Counted from the stretch's first letter, positions 37,620 to 48,197 are shown. The stretch: 64,000 nt of DNA from an uncultured Gammaproteobacteria bacterium (GCA_964452565.1 CAYVLY010000001.1:142638-206637); one strand, 5' to 3'. Numbers and translations: made by a program. Notes: generated from the sequence alone by a model not told the origin.

Positions 37620-39014
37620 TTAGAAAAGTTTATCTATTATAACTACGGCGCTGAAGAATCCAAAGAATAAGAATATCAATCCCATAATCAACTTTCGCCA
37701 CAAGCGGGCTCGTGCAAACTTTGGAAGTGCTTTTTGATTCAAATATGTGACAAGTCCGACGTGGACGAACATTGCAAATGCGTTTATGACAGCACCCAAT
37801 ACGATCAATGTCTTTGGCTCTGAGAAGTCAAACAAGAAAAGTAGCGAACCAAATGCAATCTGCGCCCATACAAAGACTGAATAAATTTTTGATAAGTGAA
37901 CTTCACCCTTGTGACCGTTTTTGATCCTGGTTATTGCCAGATTCTCAGCCATGATGCGAGATGTGGAGTCCATCACTCCAAGTTGAGTCTGGAAGAGCAT
38001 GATTGTAACAACTACCAAGAAAAGCACACCTGCCCAGGGTCCGATAACCGATCCAATCGCAGAACCTTCGAAAATCACGAAGTTGATACCCTCAGCAGTG
38101 CCCTCGATTCCAAAAGTTGTACTGTAGGCCAGGATCATCAACAATAAGATCGAAATGGCACCGATTAGCCAAAATACAATCGCATGTTCGATACTGACAC
38201 GTTTCCACCATATACGAAAACGGTTCTGAGCCTCTTTAGTTTGCTCAAACTCTTCACCTTTGAGCTTTACAGACTGACCATCCTTAAACAGCGTGAATAG
38301 TCCTGAGATCTTTTGCGCATACTTTCCCATTCCATAGCCTTTTTCTTTTACATAGATCGACTGCGTAAGGTTTAGGTTTCCACCAGCGCCTGCATAGGCA
38401 AATGCTCCTAAGAACGTTGCAAGCACAATCCCTTCTGGAATAAATCGATATCCTTCACCTTGACCAACCACACCTTGAGCAAGAGTGATCCAATCAGAAG
38501 CGTCTGTGAGAATAATCACCAAAATGAAAACAAACGGCACGCCAAATAATATTATCGTCTTTGTAATTCGTTCCATCATTCCGTACACTGTCTTTCCCGC
38601 GCTTAAGATAATTCCGATGAGTACTAAGAATCCGATTGCAACAAATCGATGTTCTTCAAAGCCCACGATTGATGAAAACACTTTTGCAGATGCAGCAATA
38701 ATTCCAGGAATACCAAAACCAATAAACGTGGAAAAGATGAACCATGCGGGCGCTAACTTGAAAAACTTTGCAATTCCAACGAAAACACTTTCACCTTTTA
38801 CAAGCGCATATCGCTCAATCTCCATGTTCATGAAGTATTGGAATGTAATCCCGATCATTGCACCCCAGGCGATACCTAAACCATAATTTGATGCAAGATA
38901 CGGCCACAAGATGACCTCACCAGATCCAAGCCCAAGCGCGAGTATTATAAAACTCGGCCCGATCAGTTTCTTCAGTGGCAGGGCCTTTGGAAAGGTCTTT
39001 TTCGTATTGGTCAT
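37620..39014 (-). CDS. NRAMP-like divalent metal cation transporter (putative)
   Basis: 11-12 TM protein with weak MntH-like N-terminal region; no canonical DPGN motif. Confidence 0.4.
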   Translation of the reverse strand: MTNTKKTFPKALPLKKLIGPSFIILALGLGSGEVILWPYLASNYGLGIAWGAMIGITFQYFMNMEIERYALVKGESVFVGIAKFFKLAPAWFIFSTFIGFGIPGIIAASAKVFSSIVGFEEHRFVAIGFLVLIGIILSAGKTVYGMMERITKTIILFGVPFVFILVIILTDASDWITLAQGVVGQGEGYRFIPEGIVLATFLGAFAYAGAGGNLNLTQSIYVKEKGYGMGKYAQKISGLFTLFKDGQSVKLKGEEFEQTKEAQNRFRIWWKRVSIEHAIVFWLIGAISILLLMILAYSTTFGIEGTAEGINFVIFEGSAIGSVIGPWAGVLFLVVVTIMLFQTQLGVMDSTSRIMAENLAITRIKNGHKGEVHLSKIYSVFVWAQIAFGSLLFLFDFSEPKTLIVLGAVINAFAMFVHVGLVTYLNQKALPKFARARLWRKLIMGLIFLFFGFFSAVVIIDKLF

Positions 39015-39119
39015 AATGAAATCATTATAACAGAAACCAGGGCCCTTAAGCCCTGGTCTTTGTGCTTTCTAAATATGGCAACCACCCCTAACCCCTCCTT
39101 AGGAAGGAGGGGAATCGAA

Positions 39120-40289
39120 TTATCGAACTGATTTATATCCGCCTTTGACTCCTGTTTTTGATAATACTAGTTGCCACAACTGATTCTGTCGGCACCTGAA
39201 TGATCCCGCGCAAGAAAGTAGATAATACTTCCACATTCGATAGAATCGCTCGTCATATTGATCCTTAAGCTGCGGCCAAGCATCATTAAAGTTCTTAAAC
39301 CACGCCATCAAAGTCTTATCATAATCTGCTCCAAAGTTCTCAACATCTTCAACCATGAACAAACCTTCCATATCTTTTGTCAATTGCGCCAAAGAGGGAA
39401 GCATTGAATTCGTAAAGATGTACTTTTCAATCCATGCATCAGTGCTCTTTACTGACTTTCGTCCGCCAATCGTGTGAAGTAAGAACAATCCGTCATCTTT
39501 CAGACAACGCTCTGCTACCTCAAAGTATTCCTTATAATTCTTATAGCCAACGTGCTCTATCATTCCAAGTGAAATAATATGGTCAAACTTTTCATCAACA
39601 TCCCGATAATCCTGCAGGCGTATTTCAACAGGCAATCCCTTACAACGATCCTGAGCTAACTTTTGCTGTTCTTTCGAAATGGTTACACCCACAACGTGTG
39701 CCCCATACTTTTCAGCTGCAAACTTTGCAAAGCTACCCCAACCGCAGCCGATGTCAAGCACTCTATCACCTTGCTTGAGTCTAATTTTTCGACAAACAAG
39801 ATCAAGCTTGGCCTCTTGAGCCTCATCAAGGTTCTGCGCATTCTTCCAATATCCACAGGTATAGACCATGTTTTCATCAAGCATTGCTGTATAAAGATCA
39901 TTTCCAACATCATAATGCTCCTCACCAACCTTGAATGCACGCTTTCCACTTTGTCGATTAAACAAAATCGAAGCCAAGGCTAGTGCAACAACATGCCAAT
40001 TTTTTCGAAGCCTCTTGCGAACATCATCTTTTAAAAGCTTGTTGATCAACTCATCAAGCTTATCACATTCCCACCAGCCATCCATATAGCTTTCTCCAAA
40101 GCCAAGAGAGCCCTTTGTTAGTACACGCTTATAAAAAGACTCGTTCTTAATCTGCGGATCCCACGGGTTGGATCCATTCAAAGTTATACCCGTGCCCTCA
40201 ATTATCTTTTGAACCTGTTTTTGTATATCACTCATATTGAAGCTATTGTCGCGCGAAACCAAACTTTTATCAAGTATTGACCTGATCAA
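39120..40289 (-). CDS. cfa: cyclopropane-fatty-acyl-phospholipid synthase family methyltransferase
   Basis: VLDIGCGWGSFAKFAAEKYGAHVVGVTIS...ISLGMIEHVG. Confidence 0.8.
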   Translation of the reverse strand: MIRSILDKSLVSRDNSFNMSDIQKQVQKIIEGTGITLNGSNPWDPQIKNESFYKRVLTKGSLGFGESYMDGWWECDKLDELINKLLKDDVRKRLRKNWHVVALALASILFNRQSGKRAFKVGEEHYDVGNDLYTAMLDENMVYTCGYWKNAQNLDEAQEAKLDLVCRKIRLKQGDRVLDIGCGWGSFAKFAAEKYGAHVVGVTISKEQQKLAQDRCKGLPVEIRLQDYRDVDEKFDHIISLGMIEHVGYKNYKEYFEVAERCLKDDGLFLLHTIGGRKSVKSTDAWIEKYIFTNSMLPSLAQLTKDMEGLFMVEDVENFGADYDKTLMAWFKNFNDAWPQLKDQYDERFYRMWKYYLLSCAGSFRCRQNQLWQLVLSKTGVKGGYKSVR

Positions 40290-40726
40290 TGATATACTTA
40301 ACTCATATGAACAAATCGATCAAAGCTATTTTTTGGATTCTCATAGTGAACTTTGTACTATTGCTTTTAATCTTCTTTGTTGAGCCAATGCAAGAGTTCT
40401 TTCAAGGTGAGATGTTCCTGCTGCCATGCATCACATTTTCAATTCTTGGGCTTGTACTCCTGATTCTGACAATAAGGTCTAAAATCGAACGCAAACAAAA
40501 AAGAGCACTACTAGTTACATCAATTAGTGCCCTTGGATTCTTTGTTGGCGTGTTTTTACACAATGCATTTTATGCGCTTGCAATGGTTTCAGAATCCATC
40601 CCAGTATTGCCAGCGCTATTCGAGTTCTTTGAGATAATCTTCTTTTTAGCTGCTATCTTTTTGAGTCCGATCCTTTTTATTACTGGAATAATCATGACTA
40701 TTGTCCAACTCATTCGATCGAAATGA
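40289..40726 (+). CDS. small membrane protein
   Basis: 145 aa, 3-4 TM. Confidence 0.3.
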   Translation: MIYLTHMNKSIKAIFWILIVNFVLLLLIFFVEPMQEFFQGEMFLLPCITFSILGLVLLILTIRSKIERKQKRALLVTSISALGFFVGVFLHNAFYALAMVSESIPVLPALFEFFEIIFFLAAIFLSPILFITGIIMTIVQLIRSK

Positions 40727-41213
40727 TCTCATATCCTACTATTTGATTTTGAATCTTTATTTCAACTCGATCACCAACTTGATGTTTTAAAAGTGCCGAT
40801 CCGATCGGAGATAAATGAGAAATTCGGCCCATTGTTGGATCTGACTCAAGAGACCCCAAGATTTCATACTGCCTTTGCCTGCCATTGACCACGATTGTAA
40901 CTATCGATCCGATCTGAACCGTGTCGCTCGATGCTGGCTTTTTGATAATTATTGCAGTTTTGAGCCGCTGCTTTAGGTTCTCAATCTGGCCCATGGTTCT
41001 TCGAAGAGTAAACTTTGCCTCTTGGTACGCTGCATTCTCTGACAAATCTCCCATTTCTTGAGTACGAGTGACCTCAGATGCAAGTTCAGGAAGCGAACCC
41101 TCAAGTCTCTCAAGCTTCTCTTGCATCTGATCAAAAGCCGCTTGAGTAATATGTTGATCGTCTTTTCGACTCTGGCGTCTATACTTTTCCGCCTTTCGCA
41201 TTGGTAATCGCAT
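40710..41213 (-). CDS. greA: transcription elongation factor GreA
   Basis: N-terminal coiled coil and C-terminal FKBP-like domain (IVTIVVNGRQRQYEILG). Confidence 0.8.
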   Translation of the reverse strand: MRLPMRKAEKYRRQSRKDDQHITQAAFDQMQEKLERLEGSLPELASEVTRTQEMGDLSENAAYQEAKFTLRRTMGQIENLKQRLKTAIIIKKPASSDTVQIGSIVTIVVNGRQRQYEILGSLESDPTMGRISHLSPIGSALLKHQVGDRVEIKIQNQIVGYEIISIE

Positions 41214-41293
41214 AAAATCGATATATACTTATGATATAAGTTTATCATTTATCCTCTACTTCAATAAATAACTAATAAACTTAATCTTGGCAT

Positions 41294-41788
41294 ATGAATA
41301 AAAAACTATTTGAGACGTTCATGGGGATCCTTCGGATCTCTATGGGTTGGATATTCTTTTGGCCCTTTCTCGATAAGTTGTTCGGACTCGGATTCGCAAC
41401 CGCACCTGAGCATGCATGGACTGCAGGATGGCATCCCACATACAACTTCTTGACTTACGGAACTAAAGGACCCTTTGCAGAGTTTTATCAAAGCATTGCG
41501 GGAAATGTATTTGTTGATTGGATCTTCATGATAGGCCTGTTATTCATCGGATTAGCGCTTCTACTTGGTGTAGGTGTGCGAATCGCTGGATACACAGGAG
41601 CACTAATGCTTGTTCTTATGTATACAGCTGGATATATCTGGCCAGAACATAATCCGTTTTTGGATGATCATCTGATTTACGCAATACTGATGATTGTGCT
41701 CACACTAGCCCCAACAGGGAACTGGCTTGGATTTGGAAAGTGGTGGGCGAAACGTAAGATAGTCAAAAAATACAAAATCCTAATTTAG
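41294..41788 (+). CDS. DoxX family membrane protein
   Basis: ILRISMGWIFFWPFLDKL...GPFAEFY. Confidence 0.45.
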   Translation: MNKKLFETFMGILRISMGWIFFWPFLDKLFGLGFATAPEHAWTAGWHPTYNFLTYGTKGPFAEFYQSIAGNVFVDWIFMIGLLFIGLALLLGVGVRIAGYTGALMLVLMYTAGYIWPEHNPFLDDHLIYAILMIVLTLAPTGNWLGFGKWWAKRKIVKKYKILI

Positions 41789-41901
41789 AAACAAAAAACA
41801 GCCGTATCTGCTCATTCCATCCCGAGCAACGCCGAGGGATCTCTCGACTCGCTACGCTCGCTCGAGATGGAAAGTAGATTAAGCGGCTGTTTTTTTATTA
41901 T

Positions 41902-42306
41902 CTATGCCAAGAATCCAAAATATCCCAATACAAGACCAAGTACTACTGTTAGAATTGAAAGTACAAAGTAAGCACCACCTGCCTTTACGACCGTTTTAGC
42001 AAACTTCATATATGGCCCTGGTATAAGGAAGAATAATATGCCTTTTATCAGTGTTATCCAAGCTATTATTGTGATAATTGTTTCCCAACCACTCCATATG
42101 TTATGGGCTATGACAAACGCAGCACCAAGCAATAGAGTAAATGCTCCTATTGAATATGATAGTCCTGCATTCTTTCTAAATCCATCTACCATGTGTGAAA
42201 TTCTCTTGGTGTTAAACATGATTCCAATTCCAGCAACCACAAAATAGATAGCTAGCATCTTTGCTAAGAAGATTGATAGTTCCATATTTGTTTTATTAAT
42301 CAACAA
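41902..42306 (-). CDS. small membrane protein
   Basis: 134 aa, 4 TM. Confidence 0.3.
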   Translation of the reverse strand: MLINKTNMELSIFLAKMLAIYFVVAGIGIMFNTKRISHMVDGFRKNAGLSYSIGAFTLLLGAAFVIAHNIWSGWETIITIIAWITLIKGILFFLIPGPYMKFAKTVVKAGGAYFVLSILTVVLGLVLGYFGFLA

Positions 42307-42336
42307 GAGGCCCGTAAGGGCCTCATTGTATTTGAA

Positions 42337-42813
42337 TTATCGAACAAGACTAATTGCCGATCCACCTTCTGGGTCGCATGCTCCGACCTCAACGGTGCCA
42401 TTTGAACCCTTCATCAGATAATAATCTGTAAGCGCCGCTGTTCCAGTGCTAGGGTCAAGTGGAACAGATCCGAGGTATCCCTCAGTCACCAATGCAGTAA
42501 GGTCAACACATGCATTCTGTGTGGTCTGAGCGGTACACCCAACATTACATCCTGATGCTCCGTTCGTACCAATTGTGTAATAAAGGTCCTCGGTCAATGC
42601 TACAACAGATGCAACATATGTTCCGCCATTGTCTACTTGATCTGTAACAACTGCAGTAAGTACATTGTTTAGATCGTTGAAGCGTCGTGAGTCACGTGCT
42701 TCTTGGAATCGTGTGACAGGATCTAATGCCACAAAGATTGCCGCTGCCAAGATTGCGATTACCGCAATAACAATGAGCAGCTCAATCAAGGTAAAACCTT
42801 TTTGATTTCTCAT
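42337..42813 (-). CDS. type IV pilin (major pilin candidate)
   Basis: Class III signal MRNQKGFTLIELLIVIAVIAILAA. Confidence 0.7.
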   Translation of the reverse strand: MRNQKGFTLIELLIVIAVIAILAAAIFVALDPVTRFQEARDSRRFNDLNNVLTAVVTDQVDNGGTYVASVVALTEDLYYTIGTNGASGCNVGCTAQTTQNACVDLTALVTEGYLGSVPLDPSTGTAALTDYYLMKGSNGTVEVGACDPEGGSAISLVR

Positions 42814-42866
42814 ATGTAAAAGAAAGAATTATTAAGTGACTAAAGTATATCATTTGTGCAGGCGAT

Positions 42867-42876
42867 TGTGTATAAT
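42867..42876 (+). promoter_or_regulatory. extended -10 promoter element upstream of pilB
   Basis: TGTGTATAAT about 20 nt before the pilB ATG. Confidence 0.35.
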
Positions 42877-42897
42877 GTTATTAAGGTTTTCCACAAT

Positions 42898-44202
42898 ATG
42901 TTTTCGAAAAAGAAGGAGGAAGAAGTTTCTTCAAAGCAAAAACCTAAAAAAGAAATTCCCGTTATCGGAACATCTGATCTTGAGAAGATGATCAAAGCAG
43001 CGGGAACAAAAACGGCGCGTGAGACGCTGGTTATTGAGTTTATTGATGCGCTCATGTTGTATGCAGATCAGAACCGTGCTTCAGACGTTCACCTAGAACC
43101 AAAACGTGAGGGAAAAGCTATTGCGCGACTTCGTGTTGACGGTATGCTTCGTGATGAATTTGAAATTCCATATACATTACATAGCCAGTCAATTGCACGA
43201 TTAAAAATCATGACCAATATGCGGTCTGATGAACACCGTGCACCACAGGATGGGCGGTTTTCATTTGATACCCAGCACGAAACTGTTGATGTCCGTGCAT
43301 CGATTATTGCCACTGTCTACGGGGAAAAGGCTGTTCTGCGGCTCTTATCAGGATCAACTCATGGACTTTCACTTGAGGATCTTGGGTTCTCAGAAACTGA
43401 CCTACAAAGGCTAAGGGCGCAAGTTAAAAAACCCTGGGGAATGATTCTTGCAACTGGTCCAACTGGATCAGGAAAGACAACTACGATCTATGCTGTCCTC
43501 GAAGAGCTAAATCGTAGAGAAGTGAATATTTCAACAATCGAAGATCCAGTCGAATTTAAAATCGGTGAAGTAAACCAAAGTCAAGTTGACCGGCCAGCTG
43601 AGTTCACATTTGCAACAGGTCTTCGATCACTACTTCGTCAAGATCCAGACATCATTATGGTGGGTGAGATCCGTGATAAGGAAACTGCAAAAATTGCCGT
43701 AAATGCTGCGCTTACCGGACACAAAATGTTATCCACACTTCATACTAATGATGCACCAACAACCATCCCACGACTTATGGATATGGGAGTTGAGCCATAC
43801 CTTGTAGCATCAACATTCAACTGTGCTATTGGACAGCGATTGATGCGCCGAGTATGTGAAAAGTGCGGAAAGTCGATTACAATAACCAAACAGCAGGCAA
43901 CTGAAAAACTTCCAGAACATATCGTCAACCTGATGTTTCAAAAAACAGATTCAATCGAAGTTATCGAAGCTGTAGGCTGCGAAGCCTGCGGAAAAAGTGG
44001 ATATCATGGTCGTATTGGAATTTATGAAGTGCTAATCAACACAACTGAGATGCAAAGTCTTATTGCGCAGCATGCGGAAAGCACACTTATTCGAGAGAAA
44101 GCGATCCAGCAGGGAATGACAACCATGGAACAAGATGGCGCTCGTAAGGTATTGCAAAAAATTTCAACACTTGAGGAATTTGTACGAGTTTTGCATGAAT
44201 AA
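42898..44202 (+). CDS. pilB: type IV pilus assembly ATPase PilB (GspE family)
   Basis: Walker A ATGPTGSGKTTT; Asp/His boxes; tetracysteine CEKCGK...CEACGKSG. Confidence 0.85.
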   Translation: MFSKKKEEEVSSKQKPKKEIPVIGTSDLEKMIKAAGTKTARETLVIEFIDALMLYADQNRASDVHLEPKREGKAIARLRVDGMLRDEFEIPYTLHSQSIARLKIMTNMRSDEHRAPQDGRFSFDTQHETVDVRASIIATVYGEKAVLRLLSGSTHGLSLEDLGFSETDLQRLRAQVKKPWGMILATGPTGSGKTTTIYAVLEELNRREVNISTIEDPVEFKIGEVNQSQVDRPAEFTFATGLRSLLRQDPDIIMVGEIRDKETAKIAVNAALTGHKMLSTLHTNDAPTTIPRLMDMGVEPYLVASTFNCAIGQRLMRRVCEKCGKSITITKQQATEKLPEHIVNLMFQKTDSIEVIEAVGCEACGKSGYHGRIGIYEVLINTTEMQSLIAQHAESTLIREKAIQQGMTTMEQDGARKVLQKISTLEEFVRVLHE

Positions 44203-45340
44203 GGAAAAAGCCCTAAAACCGAAAAAAGAAAAAGCCCAGGAGATTGCGGCTAAAGTTGAAGTTCCTGAAAAAAAGAAAGTTTCGCTTCTGACAAAACTTA
44301 ATGTAAGGCTTGGCTCTAAAGAGAAAGTGCTTTTTGTTAAGTACTTATCAGTACTGCTCGAATCAGGACTACCCCTAGATCAAGCACTGGATATCCTCTT
44401 AAATCAATCAAAGGGTCCGCTTAAGAAGATTCTTGAATCAGTGTCAGCTGAAATCAGAAATGGAAAACAGTTAGCAGATGGACTTGAACATTATCCACAC
44501 ATTTTCTCAGAAGTATTTATCAATCTGATAAGGGCAGGGGAAAACACTGGAACACTTAAAGAAAATCTGGCCTACTTAGCAGAGCAAGCACAAAAGCAAT
44601 ACGATTTAAAGCAAAGCATCCGTGGATCAATGATGTATCCAATCATTGTTTTAATTGGTGGAGTCATCGTGAGCATATTCATAATCTTATTCATCTTTCC
44701 AAATATTGTTGCACTTTTCGAAACATTGAATGTTGAACTGCCATTAGCAACCCGAATTTTACTATGGATCGCAAACGTGTTTGAAAACTACCCATGGCAC
44801 CTTATTTCAACAATCATCGCGATCATTATCTTATTCATAATTGCACGAAAGGTCCAATTTACACGTTATTTTCTTGATCAAATCTTTCTCCGCATTCCGA
44901 TCATCGGTAGAATCCTTCGCGACAGCACACTTTCTAATGTATTCCGGTTACTTGGTACATTGCTCGAAAGTGGAATGCCACTCAAGCAATCGATAAAAGT
45001 TACAAGGTCCACCGCCAACAACATGGTATTCCAAAGGATGTTTGACGAGCTGGATACACGAGTAACTCAAGGTGGAGAACTTGTAACAGTACTACGAAAA
45101 TATGATCATATTGTTCCGCTGATGTCTGTACGGCTGATTCATGTTGGAGCGCAAACTGGTGAACTTGAACACATGTTGCTGTATTTGGCAGACTTTTACA
45201 GTAAGGAAGTTGACGAGCTTTCAAAACGCATCTCTGTAATCATTGAACCAGTTCTAATAATTGCGATCGGATTTATGATCGGATTTTTGGCTTTTGCAAT
45301 TATAACTCCTATCTATGAAGTTATTACAAGTGTAGGATGA
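44195..45340 (+). CDS. pilC: type IV pilus platform protein PilC (GspF family)
   Basis: Two T2SS-F domains; ATG overlaps the pilB stop. Confidence 0.8.
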   Translation: MNKEKALKPKKEKAQEIAAKVEVPEKKKVSLLTKLNVRLGSKEKVLFVKYLSVLLESGLPLDQALDILLNQSKGPLKKILESVSAEIRNGKQLADGLEHYPHIFSEVFINLIRAGENTGTLKENLAYLAEQAQKQYDLKQSIRGSMMYPIIVLIGGVIVSIFIILFIFPNIVALFETLNVELPLATRILLWIANVFENYPWHLISTIIAIIILFIIARKVQFTRYFLDQIFLRIPIIGRILRDSTLSNVFRLLGTLLESGMPLKQSIKVTRSTANNMVFQRMFDELDTRVTQGGELVTVLRKYDHIVPLMSVRLIHVGAQTGELEHMLLYLADFYSKEVDELSKRISVIIEPVLIIAIGFMIGFLAFAIITPIYEVITSVG

Positions 45341-45834
45341 GGAAATCAGGCTTTACTATTACTGAAATCATTATTGTCGTTGGCGTGCTTCTAATTTTGC
45401 TAACGATAGTTTTTACATCAGTACGAATAACAAATGATAGTCTAAGGGCTAAAACACACCAGGAAGTGCACAGCATGCTCATGGAGGCATCACGTCTAGC
45501 AAGATATGGTGTGCATGATTCTGACTGGGGCGTCTATTTTCAATATGACGGGCTAAGTGGCGAGGCAATACGAGCTACTCTTTATGCTGGAGAAAATTAT
45601 GCATCGCGTGACACGCAATACGATCGATTTACTGCATTTGATGAAACGGTTATCTTTTCAGATGTTTCTCTCTCAGACATATCACCATGGACAGGAAATG
45701 GAAATGAAGTCACATTTGAAACTATCTCAGGTGCTGCACACAACATAGGTTCAATCTCACTAACAACGGGGCAAAAAAATACAGTAATAACAATAAACGA
45801 AGATGGTATCCCACTTATAGATTATGTGGACTAA
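45337..45834 (+). CDS. prepilin-type minor pilin
   Basis: MRKSGFTITEIIIVVGVLLILL. Confidence 0.55.
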   Translation: MRKSGFTITEIIIVVGVLLILLTIVFTSVRITNDSLRAKTHQEVHSMLMEASRLARYGVHDSDWGVYFQYDGLSGEAIRATLYAGENYASRDTQYDRFTAFDETVIFSDVSLSDISPWTGNGNEVTFETISGAAHNIGSISLTTGQKNTVITINEDGIPLIDYVD

Positions 45835-46708
45835 AAGAAGAAAAGGGAGTGTAATTTTAGAAGTGCTTATTGCAATCGGAGTTTCAGCTATTTTCTTTTC
45901 AGCTATCGCGGGACTACTCATATCATCAAACAAAAGCACAGCAAATTTGTACAACACGCAAAAGGCTTATGCGCGAAATAAAGAAGGCCTCTCTGCCTTG
46001 CAGTCAATAAAATTTGAAGATCTATTTCTAACTTGGGACGGAAAAGTTACATATAATAGCGTGACTGATCAGTGGGAACTTTCAACAGGATCCGAGGTGT
46101 TTGCAGATAACCAGACGCGATCAGTTGCTGTCATTGAAGTTCAGCGCAATGAGGACTGTGAAGTTGTGTTATACGGTGGCGATGTGGATCCAGATAGTTA
46201 TATTCTGATGAGCAATATGATGTGGGACTCATACGGTGGCGGAAAACGAGACTCAACAATATACTCTTTAGTTGTTAATACAGAGAATCCTCAAGGAGAT
46301 TGTTTTGGTGGAGGTGAAGAGGCGGAAAATCTCGTACTTATCACAGTAGATGCTGAATGGTATGGGGACAAGCAATTACGCGATCTTTATATAACCAATG
46401 AAGGCACTTCTCCTGTTACGATTACTGAAATCACAATATGGTGGGATGTCTCTAAATCTAAGATTGAGCAAATCTTCTACGATGGTGACAAGGTTTGGTC
46501 ATATAGTGGCCCCGGATCTCCATCAGGAAAGCAATATTCTGGTACGCAAATCGATATAGATGATATTGAAATTCCAGCTGGATATACCGGAGAGTTCAAT
46601 AAAATCAAATTCTCAAAGGACATGGAGGACGCAACACTCATTATTGAATTTGAGTTCTCTGATGGCTCAACATATACAAGTGATCCATTTGAACCAGATG
46701 ACGACTAA
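45824..46708 (+). CDS. prepilin-type minor pilin
   Basis: GSVILEVLIAIGVSAIFF N-terminal helix. Confidence 0.5.
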   Translation: MWTKRRKGSVILEVLIAIGVSAIFFSAIAGLLISSNKSTANLYNTQKAYARNKEGLSALQSIKFEDLFLTWDGKVTYNSVTDQWELSTGSEVFADNQTRSVAVIEVQRNEDCEVVLYGGDVDPDSYILMSNMMWDSYGGGKRDSTIYSLVVNTENPQGDCFGGGEEAENLVLITVDAEWYGDKQLRDLYITNEGTSPVTITEITIWWDVSKSKIEQIFYDGDKVWSYSGPGSPSGKQYSGTQIDIDDIEIPAGYTGEFNKIKFSKDMEDATLIIEFEFSDGSTYTSDPFEPDDD

Positions 46709-46709
46709 T

Positions 46710-47255
46710 ATGAGACACGGGTTTACGCTTATCGAACTAGTACTATACATGGCGCTCATTGCAATATTGATACCGTCAGTGGTTTTGGTTTTATTAACTG
46801 TAAATAAAAACCAACAGCATGTATATTTAAGAACCGAAATACAAAACACAGCTGCAATTATTCTCTCTGAAATTGAGCATGAAATCATGCATGCCAGCAA
46901 AATCAATATAAGCAGCTCAACACTAGACTCTGATCAATCTGTTTTAGAGTATGTAGACAGTGGCAATATACTTCATAGGTTTCAATATGCCACTGATACA
47001 GTTGAGTTTAGTTCAACTCAATATAATATTGGTCGTTTGCAATTCTATGACGGAGGTTATAGCTGGCTCACCTCAGAAAATATTATTGTCAGTGTTTTCC
47101 GAATAGAATCTGTTCGAAACAGCGATTCGTTACTAACTGGCCTTAACATTCATCTAACCCTTACGCCACTCACCACCGAGACAAGCATGGATCAGGCAAA
47201 CATTCTAGAGCTCAGAACATCAATACCGGTACTAACATCTGCTACTGAACAATAA
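46710..47255 (+). CDS. prepilin-type minor pilin
   Basis: MRHGFTLIELVLYMALIAIL. Confidence 0.5.
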   Translation: MRHGFTLIELVLYMALIAILIPSVVLVLLTVNKNQQHVYLRTEIQNTAAIILSEIEHEIMHASKINISSSTLDSDQSVLEYVDSGNILHRFQYATDTVEFSSTQYNIGRLQFYDGGYSWLTSENIIVSVFRIESVRNSDSLLTGLNIHLTLTPLTTETSMDQANILELRTSIPVLTSATEQ

Positions 47256-47259
47256 CCAT

Positions 47260-47631
47260 ATGAAACAATCCCCAGAAGGAATCGCGCTTTTACTTACAGT
47301 AATTGTTGTTGGTGTAACCGGTTTTACTGTTATGGCATTTATTGCACGATCTGGAATCGCATCATTAAGAACCTTGCAGTATCAAGAAGATTCAATGTCT
47401 CTTGAGGGTCATGTGTACGGCTGCATAGAGGAGCTCATGGCGCAGAATCTTAGAGATCCTGACTTCAATGCCGGAACCCTCTCAATAGGATCAGTGGAAC
47501 ATACAATAAATACAATTGACTCAGGTCCAGAGCAAAAAACAGTAGAAATTATTGCATCTGACGAAACTATTACACGCAGAGAGGAAGTAACGATCGGACT
47601 TGATCCGGTATCGCTAATTTCGATAAACTAG
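47260..47631 (+). CDS. pilus-associated hypothetical (pilin-like N-terminal helix)
   Basis: IALLLTVIVVGVTGFTVMAF. Confidence 0.35.
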   Translation: MKQSPEGIALLLTVIVVGVTGFTVMAFIARSGIASLRTLQYQEDSMSLEGHVYGCIEELMAQNLRDPDFNAGTLSIGSVEHTINTIDSGPEQKTVEIIASDETITRREEVTIGLDPVSLISIN

Positions 47632-47637
47632 GTTTAC

Positions 47638-47832
47638 ATGGAAATATTAGGACTAACACTTACAACGGTTGGTGAAGTGCTCATTGGGCTTACAGTTCTT
47701 TTTGTACACCACAGAATACTTAAGGAGCACAAGCTTGATAAAAGAGTTTTCGCGGGGATACAAATGGAGCAATGGGCTGGACTTTTAGGAATCGTTTTGG
47801 TAGTTTCCGGATATATAATTCGAATAGTATAA
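47638..47832 (+). CDS. small two-TM membrane protein
   Basis: 64-aa ORF. Confidence 0.25.
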   Translation: MEILGLTLTTVGEVLIGLTVLFVHHRILKEHKLDKRVFAGIQMEQWAGLLGIVLVVSGYIIRIV

Positions 47833-47836
47833 TAAT

Positions 47837-48148
47837 ATGATCATTACAACTACCTGGAATATTCCTGGAAAGGAAACGCGTGATACTGTCGGACTTGTGC
47901 AAGGTAGCGTCACACGAAGTCGACACGTTGGTCACGATATTATCTCTGGACTCAAGACAATTGTTGGTGGCGAGCTACATGCATACACAGAGTTGCTTGA
48001 GAGTGCACGAAAAGAGGCATTAGATCGGATGATCTCGCAGGCCGAGGAAAAAGGTGCAAATGCGATCATTGGAGTTCGTTTCACTACATCTTCGATTGCA
48101 GCAGGGGCCTCTGAGATTCTCGCTTACGGAACAGCAGTCAAAATCTAA
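47837..48148 (+). CDS. YbjQ/UPF0145 family protein
   Basis: GLVQGSVTRSRHVGHDIISGLKTIVGGEL...GANAIIGVRF. Confidence 0.65.
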   Translation: MIITTTWNIPGKETRDTVGLVQGSVTRSRHVGHDIISGLKTIVGGELHAYTELLESARKEALDRMISQAEEKGANAIIGVRFTTSSIAAGASEILAYGTAVKI

Positions 48149-48161
48149 AATTGACAATTAC

Positions 48162-48196
48162 AAAAACCGAGGTTTAATGCCTCGGTTTTGGTTTTG
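48162..48196. terminator. bidirectional terminator
   Basis: AAAACCGAGG-tttaatg-CCTCGGTTTTGGTTTTG. Confidence 0.55.
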
Positions 48197-48197
48197 T

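Noticed and set aside
42856-42897. ORF-track start of pilB at 42856
   Set aside because: The extension overlaps the divergent promoter region. The ATG at 42898 is preceded by an extended -10 box and fits PilB N-termini. Similar start adjustments were made for pilC (44195), the minor pilin (46710), tatD (58741), rsmI (56015), glutaredoxin (52279) and the S51 peptidase (26069).
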